32,000 nt of DNA from Candidatus Baldrarchaeota archaeon (GTDB lineage: Archaea > Asgardarchaeota > Baldrarchaeia > Baldrarchaeales > DXJG01), in the NCBI GenBank assembly GCA_019056805.1, contig DXJG01000002.1, forward strand, positions 283,103 to 315,102. The letters are read 5' to 3'. Below the pieces are notes generated by a model. It ran no database searches and was not told the origin of the DNA. It was given only the letters and a program-made list of their open reading frames with translations. The position numbers and the translations under genes are program-made. Shown piece by piece: positions 26,191 through 32,000 of this stretch; position 1 is the stretch's first letter, and every line of letters begins with the position of its first letter.

Positions 26191-28401
26191 ATGGTAAGAA
26201 TAAAACAACCAGAGGAAGTAGTTGAACTAGTAACAAGAGGACCCTTTGAAACAAAACGAATATTCAGCATAGTTGCTCACATAGACCATGGAAAAACCAC
26301 CACAACAGACTATCTATTAAGAAGAGCAGGACTTATGTCTTTTGATGCTGCAGGACAAGTACTAATGACAGACTACGATGAAGAGGAACAACAAAGAGGA
26401 ATAACTATATTCACCTCAGTAGTAAACTTAAGCTACGAATACAATGGCAGAAACTACATATTTCAAATTAATGACACACCAGGACACATATCCTTCACAG
26501 GAGAAGTATCAAGAGCACTAAGAGCTAGCGATGGAGCAATAATTCTAGTAGATGCATTAGAAGGGGTAATGACACAAACAGAAACAAACATACGCTTATC
26601 AGTAGGGGAAGAACTTTGCAAACCCGTACTATTCATTAACAAAGTTGACAGATTAATCAGCGAACTCAGGTTGCAACCCAAAGATGTTGGACAAAAACTA
26701 GATAAAATAGTTAAAAAAGTGAACAGCATTATTAGAAAGGTAGCACCGCCACAATTCCAAAAAGAATGGCAAGTATCATTCCAAAAGGGAACAGTAGCAA
26801 TAGGATCAGCAAAACATGGATGGGGCTTCACTATTGACATACTCAAAGAAAAAGGGATCGATGCTAACATCATATTTCAAAAATATAAAGATGGGGAGGT
26901 CGACTGGCTTAGAAAAAACCTACCATTAGATGATGCGCTACTAAGAATGGTTATTCATCACCTGCCAGACCCAAAAACTGCACAAAAATATAGAATACCA
27001 AAAATATGGACAGGAGATATAAACACACCAGAAGGACAAGCACTCATAAACTGCGATCCCAACGGACCTCTAATAGGTATGATTACCAAGATATTCATTC
27101 ATCCTAAAACAAAAAGACCTACGGTAATAGGACGTATATTCTCAGGAACCCTAAAAACAGGAGAAGAAATCTATTTTGTAAACCAAAAGAGTACCACAAG
27201 AGTACGAAGACTAGGAGTTATGGAAATAACAGACCTACTAGACGTAGAAGAAATACCCGCAGGAAACTTATTTGCAATCTACGGCCTTCTATGTCCCGCT
27301 GGGGAAACCTTCATCAGGCCTGGTAGTAGCATTCCAGTTTTTGAACAAATCAAATATGTAGCAGAACCAGTAGTATCAAGAAAAATAGAACCAGTGGATC
27401 CACAAGACCTTGCAAAACTAGGAGAAGTAGTAAAAATGTGGGTCTCAGCAGATCCAACAGCTTCCTTCTATCTAGATCAAGAAGCAAGACAATACATACT
27501 ATCCGGAATCGACCCGTTACAGATAGAAATTCTTACAAAACGAATAAACGAGCAAGTACCAATAAGAGTTTCTCCGCCGATCATTGTGTACCGTGAAGTG
27601 CCAACTAAAAGAGGAATGGAAGTCCATACAAAATCACCCAATACACACAATAAACTAAAACTCTACATAGAACCATTAAGCAAAGAAACCATAGAACTAA
27701 TAAGACAAAGAAAAATCTGGGCAGAACAAGACAAAAAAGAAAGAGCAAGAATACTAAGAGAAATAGGATGGGACGCCCACGAAGCAAGAGGCATATGGGA
27801 CATATGGGGAAACAATATACTTGTAGACATGACAAAAGGAGTACAAAGACTAGACAGAATAAAAGCTTACGTCATAGCGGCATGGAGAGACTGGTGTACA
27901 AATGCTACCCTTGCCCAAGAACCAGCAATGGGAGTAAAAGCCGTAATAACAGACGCTGTTGTACACGTAGATCCAGCACACACGGGGATGGGACAAATAG
28001 CACCAATGACACATGCAGCACTACACATAAGCTTCCTGACAGCCAATCCCAAACTATACGAACCAATACTAAAAATAGACATAAAAGCTCCAAGCGATAT
28101 GCAAGGAACCGTAATCAGAATACTAACCCAGCATCGAGGAGTCGTTACAAACGTAGTTATCGAAGAAGACTGGGTTACAATTCAAGGAAACATTCCAACC
28201 GCAGAAACACTAGGAATCGCGGACGAATTCAGATCAGCAACCGCTGGAAAAGCATTTTGGGGCTATGAGTTCCTAGAATTCAGACCAGTACCAGAAAACA
28301 TGCAGGAACAGCTCATCTTAGAAATCAGGAAAAGAAAAGGCTTACCAACACAACTACCGACACCAAAACTCTGGGAAAGACTGATATACGCGCGTTCATA
28401 A
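26191..28401 (+). CDS. fusA: translation elongation factor 2, divergent paralog (aEF-2p-like)
   Basis: AHIDHGKT, RGITI, DTPGH and NKVD; domain IV loop HVDPAHTG instead of HxDxxHRG; no rpsL/rpsG/tuf neighbours. GGGAGTGA SD before ATG 26191. Confidence 0.9.
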   Translation: MVRIKQPEEVVELVTRGPFETKRIFSIVAHIDHGKTTTTDYLLRRAGLMSFDAAGQVLMTDYDEEEQQRGITIFTSVVNLSYEYNGRNYIFQINDTPGHISFTGEVSRALRASDGAIILVDALEGVMTQTETNIRLSVGEELCKPVLFINKVDRLISELRLQPKDVGQKLDKIVKKVNSIIRKVAPPQFQKEWQVSFQKGTVAIGSAKHGWGFTIDILKEKGIDANIIFQKYKDGEVDWLRKNLPLDDALLRMVIHHLPDPKTAQKYRIPKIWTGDINTPEGQALINCDPNGPLIGMITKIFIHPKTKRPTVIGRIFSGTLKTGEEIYFVNQKSTTRVRRLGVMEITDLLDVEEIPAGNLFAIYGLLCPAGETFIRPGSSIPVFEQIKYVAEPVVSRKIEPVDPQDLAKLGEVVKMWVSADPTASFYLDQEARQYILSGIDPLQIEILTKRINEQVPIRVSPPIIVYREVPTKRGMEVHTKSPNTHNKLKLYIEPLSKETIELIRQRKIWAEQDKKERARILREIGWDAHEARGIWDIWGNNILVDMTKGVQRLDRIKAYVIAAWRDWCTNATLAQEPAMGVKAVITDAVVHVDPAHTGMGQIAPMTHAALHISFLTANPKLYEPILKIDIKAPSDMQGTVIRILTQHRGVVTNVVIEEDWVTIQGNIPTAETLGIADEFRSATAGKAFWGYEFLEFRPVPENMQEQLILEIRKRKGLPTQLPTPKLWERLIYARS

Positions 28402-28764
28402 ATCAACAACTTTTAACGTCTAAAACATCAAAATACACAAACAAGGAGGAATTTTTTCCTCTAATTTCATATTTTAAATTCCAATATTTAGAGAGTAGTT
28501 GATTTTAGATTTTCTAAACGAGAAATTCTTGTTATTTCTGTAACAAGAACCCATTTCTTGACTAAGATTAAGTTTTTAATTATTTTACCCTGGTAGTAGA
28601 GTTTTTGCCTAAAAGTACTTCATTATACCTTGATATGTTAAGATTTAGGTCAACGGTTATCCTGTAAATATAATAAGTTTTATGTAGACCTTTACTTCAA
28701 TTAGAACTCAAGAGACAGAAATAATACGATACTGATTAAAAATTCATGTTTATTGTTGCGAGGG

Positions 28765-29221
28765 ATGGTTATGGAAAAGAAAGAAGATCTCAAGCTGTTC
28801 TTTGGAATTACTTGTGATGATATAAAATCCGAACTTTTATGTTTTAGGTATTCCTTGGGACTCTTCTTCATATCGCAGAGGAGCAGCTGAAGCTCCTTAC
28901 TTTATAAGAAAAGCTACATCTGGCATAATCTATAATATTTTTTCCGAAAATTTGGTTAACCTTGGATATTTTTGGAGATTTTGTGACCTTGGTGACATAA
29001 AAGTCGAAAATAAAACGTTAAATCAAGTTTATGAAGATTTGCTAAAAATTATTAAGGAGCATTATAATAGTAACGATGTTTTTCTTCTCTTAGGCGTTGA
29101 TCACATTATAACTTATCTTTGCATAAAAGCTGTAAAAACTAGTGTAGGAGGTAAGTGGGGCCTAATATATTTTGATTTGCATCCTGATCTCTATAAGGAA
29201 TATGAAGGAGATCTTAAGTGA
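28765..29221 (+). pseudogene. speB: agmatinase/ureohydrolase-family pseudogene (frameshifted, truncated)
   Basis: The ATG 28765/28771 frame shifts near 28840 into LGIPWDSSSYRRGAAEAP...DLGD...GVDHIIT...YFDLHPDL. It ends at a TGA at 29219-21 and the C-terminal half is absent. Confidence 0.8.
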
Positions 29222-29374
29222 GGAGCATTATACACCTAAATGATTTTTTAATTATATTTTGCTTATCGACGAGGTGTATAAAAGCCTATCTTTAATTGCT
29301 TATCCAACAAATATAAATAAACAAGAGACATACCACAACTGACAAAACTATTAATAATTTAATGAGGGGTAAAA

Positions 29375-29941
29375 ATGACAGAAGAAGACAAAATAATGGA
29401 AATTCGCTTTCATAGTCGTGGAGGACAAGGTGGATGGACTGCCTCGCAGCTTCTAGCTCTTGCAGCCTTAAAAGAAGGAAAATACATGCAGAGTTTTCCA
29501 ACATTTGGCCCCGAAAGACAAGGAGCTCCAATTCAAGCCTTTACAAGAATCAGCGATAAACCAATCAACTTACATGCAAGCGTTTATTTCCCAGATGTTG
29601 TGGTAGTTCTAGACCCAACTCTGCTTGGTCCTTCAGTCGTAGAAGGTATAAAAGAAAACACAATAATTATTGTAAACACTGACGAATCACCTCAAGAAAT
29701 TAAGGAAAAACTTGGCTTAAAAGACCGTGAAGTATGGACAGTAAACGCCACGGATCTAGCTATCAAAATCTTAGGACGCGCCATCACAAACACAGCAATG
29801 TTAGGCGCCATAGTTAAAGCTACAGGCATCGTAAAACTTGAATCGGTACTTGAAGTAACTAAAGAAAGATTTCCCGGTGAAGTTGGAGAGAAAAACGTAG
29901 AATTGATTAAAAGAGCATATGAGGAGGCGATAAAAGGATGA
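29375..29941 (+). CDS. porG: 2-oxoacid (pyruvate/ketoisovalerate):ferredoxin oxidoreductase gamma subunit
   Basis: EIRFHSRGGQG, FGPERQGAP and NTAMLGA. Confidence 0.92.
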   Translation: MTEEDKIMEIRFHSRGGQGGWTASQLLALAALKEGKYMQSFPTFGPERQGAPIQAFTRISDKPINLHASVYFPDVVVVLDPTLLGPSVVEGIKENTIIIVNTDESPQEIKEKLGLKDREVWTVNATDLAIKILGRAITNTAMLGAIVKATGIVKLESVLEVTKERFPGEVGEKNVELIKRAYEEAIKG

Positions 29942-30219
29942 GTCTTGAAGAAAAACTTCCTGGATGGAAAGAAATACCCATCGGCGGCATACCATTCAAA
30001 CCCAGCACCGAATACAAGACCGGAGACTGGAAAGTATTCAAACCAGTGATAAACTATGAAAAATGTACTAAATGTTTGTTCTGCCACATATATTGCCCCG
30101 ATGGTGCCATAAAAATTAAAGAGGACGGATACCCTGAGCCAGACTACGACTTCTGCAAGGGATGCGGTATTTGTGCGGAGGAATGCCCTGTAAAAGCTAT
30201 TGAAATGGTTAAAGATTAG
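29938..30219 (+). CDS. porD: 2-oxoacid:ferredoxin oxidoreductase delta subunit (2x4Fe-4S)
   Basis: KTGDW, CTKCLFCHIYCP and DFCKGCGICAEECP. Confidence 0.93.
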   Translation: MSLEEKLPGWKEIPIGGIPFKPSTEYKTGDWKVFKPVINYEKCTKCLFCHIYCPDGAIKIKEDGYPEPDYDFCKGCGICAEECPVKAIEMVKD

Positions 30220-30233
30220 TGGAGGTATGAAAA

Positions 30234-31454
30234 ATGGAGATCAAACAAATTCTTATGGGTTTAAATGGTGACGAAGCTGTTGCATACGCTATCAAACAAG
30301 TAGATCCAGATGTAGTTGCTGCTTACCCAATAACTCCACAAACTATCATCGTAGAGAGATTTTCTGAGTATGTTGCTGATGGCGAAGTGCATACAGAATT
30401 TATTTCTGTCGAATCTGAACATAGCGCCCTAAGCGCCTGTGTTGGCGCTGCAGCTGCTGGCGCCAGAGCTTTCACAGCAACCGCTGCAAATGGTTTAGCG
30501 CTTATGTGGGAAATCTTATACATAGCAGCTTCATGCAGACTTCCAATAGTCATGGCAATTGTAAATAGAGCTTTAAGCGGACCAATTAACATTCATTGTG
30601 ACCATAGCGATGCTATGGGTGCCAGAGACAGTGGATGGATTCAAATTTTCTGTGAAAATAGTCAAGAAGCTTACGACTCTACAATTCAAGCCTGGAGAAT
30701 AGCAGAACACCCTGATGTACAATTACCTGTCATGGTTTGTCTCGATGGTTTCGTACTAAGTCACACATTGGAAAATGTCATGACATTGCCAGACGAAGTT
30801 GTTAAAAAATTCATTGGCGAAAGAAAATTCGTAACGATAAAAAATCACTTTGGAAAGGAAGTTCCATTTATACTAGATCCTGAAAATCCGATCACCATCG
30901 GTCCATTAGACCTCTACGACTTCTACTTTGAACATAAAATGCAACAAATCCACGCTATGGAAAACGCTCCAAGAGTCATCGAAGAAGTCGGTAAAGAATA
31001 CGGAAAAATCTCTGGTAGAACCTACGGGCTGGTTCACCCATATAAATTAGAAGACGCTGAAATAGCTATTATCGGACTTGGATCAACGATGGGAACCGCA
31101 AAAATCGTTGTAGATAGATTAAGAGAGAAAGGTGTAAAAGCTGGGCTTCTAAGAATAAGATCCTTTAGACCATTCCCAGCTCAACAAATAATTGAACACT
31201 TAAAAGATAAGAAGGTAATCGGAGTTCTCGACAGAGCAGCAAGTTTCGGTGCCTATGGCGGTCCACTATTTAATGAAGTAAGAAACGCGTTTTATGATCA
31301 GGATATTAAACCATTAATCTCCAATTACATCTATGGACTCGGCGGCAGAGACATGCCTCCTCAGAGACTAATGATAATTTTCGAAGACCTACAGAAAATC
31401 ATGGAAACCAAGAGAATTGAAAAGACTGTAAAATATATTGGAGTTCGAGAATAG
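30234..31454 (+). CDS. porA: 2-oxoacid:ferredoxin oxidoreductase alpha subunit
   Basis: YPITPQT, ESEHSA, NRALSGPINIH and GLGGRD. Confidence 0.94.
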   Translation: MEIKQILMGLNGDEAVAYAIKQVDPDVVAAYPITPQTIIVERFSEYVADGEVHTEFISVESEHSALSACVGAAAAGARAFTATAANGLALMWEILYIAASCRLPIVMAIVNRALSGPINIHCDHSDAMGARDSGWIQIFCENSQEAYDSTIQAWRIAEHPDVQLPVMVCLDGFVLSHTLENVMTLPDEVVKKFIGERKFVTIKNHFGKEVPFILDPENPITIGPLDLYDFYFEHKMQQIHAMENAPRVIEEVGKEYGKISGRTYGLVHPYKLEDAEIAIIGLGSTMGTAKIVVDRLREKGVKAGLLRIRSFRPFPAQQIIEHLKDKKVIGVLDRAASFGAYGGPLFNEVRNAFYDQDIKPLISNYIYGLGGRDMPPQRLMIIFEDLQKIMETKRIEKTVKYIGVRE

Positions 31455-31467
31455 GAGGGGAGAATAA

Positions 31468-32000
31468 ATGGCTGAAAAATTAACTCTAAAAGATATTGCT
31501 AAAAAACCCGATCTACTTATGTCTGGCCACAGACTTTGTGCTGGATGTGCAGCAGGTACAATTGTGAGACTCGCATTAAAAGCAACACGAGGCCCCGTAA
31601 TTCTTGCTAACGCTACTGGTTGTCTCGAAGTAGCAACTACGATCTTCCCATACTCATCTTGGAAAGTACCATGGATACACAACGCATTTGAAAATGTTGC
31701 AGCCACCGCAAGCGGGATCGAAGCAGCATTTAGAGCAATGAAAAAGGTAAATAAAGGCCCATTGGCAAAATATGAACATATAGACGTAATAGCATTTGCA
31801 GGAGACGGAGGAACCTACGACATAGGATTCCAAGCCTTAAGTGGAGCCCTTGAAAGAGGACACGACTTCCTATACATACTCTATGACAATGAAGCCTACA
31901 TGAACACAGGTATTCAAAGAAGTGGCGGGACTCCTCGCTTTGCTTGGACTACTACCTCTCCTGCTGGCAAGGTTATCCCAGGTAAGCGAAAATGGAAGAA
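31468..32000 (+). CDS. porB: 2-oxoacid:ferredoxin oxidoreductase beta subunit (runs off window)
   Basis: Translated by hand: MAEKLTLK...GHRLCAGC...ATGCLEV...AFENVAA...GDGGTYDIG...[23 protein letters not shown] upstream. Confidence 0.93.
   Translation, partial: MAEKLTLKDIAKKPDLLMSGHRLCAGCAAGTIVRLALKATRGPVILANATGCLEVATTIFPYSSWKVPWIHNAFENVAATASGIEAAFRAMKKVNKGPLAKYEHIDVIAFAGDGGTYDIGFQALSGALERGHDFLYILYDNEAYMNTGIQRSGGTPRFAWTTTSPAGKVIPGKRKWK

Noticed and set aside
28446-28461. GAGGAA-TTTT-TTCCTC hairpin after EF-2
   Set aside because: A short 6-bp stem in AT-rich DNA; too weak to call a terminator.
1-32000. CRISPR arrays, cas genes, transposases, tandem repeats
   Set aside because: No regularly spaced repeats or IS/cas motifs were seen by eye.

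Overview
AT-rich archaeal chromosomal segment of mostly housekeeping genes. It is probably Asgard or another TACK-related lineage, inferred from a divergent stand-alone EF-2 paralog. In order: LOG/TIGR00725 protein, radical SAM, wHTH, PHP, uridine phosphorylase, Clp1-like kinase, free-standing LAGLIDADG endonuclease, kae1-tsaC (t6A), GNAT, HAD, Dpp/Opp ABC operon, dCMP deaminase, thiDN-thiW, two PHI-like paralogs, hisS, yjbQ, nth, polyprenol kinase-like, frameshifted nucleotidyltransferase, EF-2 paralog, agmatinase pseudogene and porGDAB. The main discovery is not in the ORF track. kae1 is split by a 17-nt intron (7955-7971) set in a canonical bulge-helix-bulge (BHB) motif. Removing it at the standard BHB cut sites restores the conserved GIESTAHT motif, so Kae1 synthesis would depend on the tRNA-splicing machinery. 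A double-motif LAGLIDADG gene overlaps the kae1 start 35 nt from the intron, suggesting an intron/free-standing endonuclease partnership. An unannotated double-guide C/D box sRNA (about 10830-10882, minus strand) appears to target both strands of 16S helix 34. All alignments and folds were done by eye; no searches were run.
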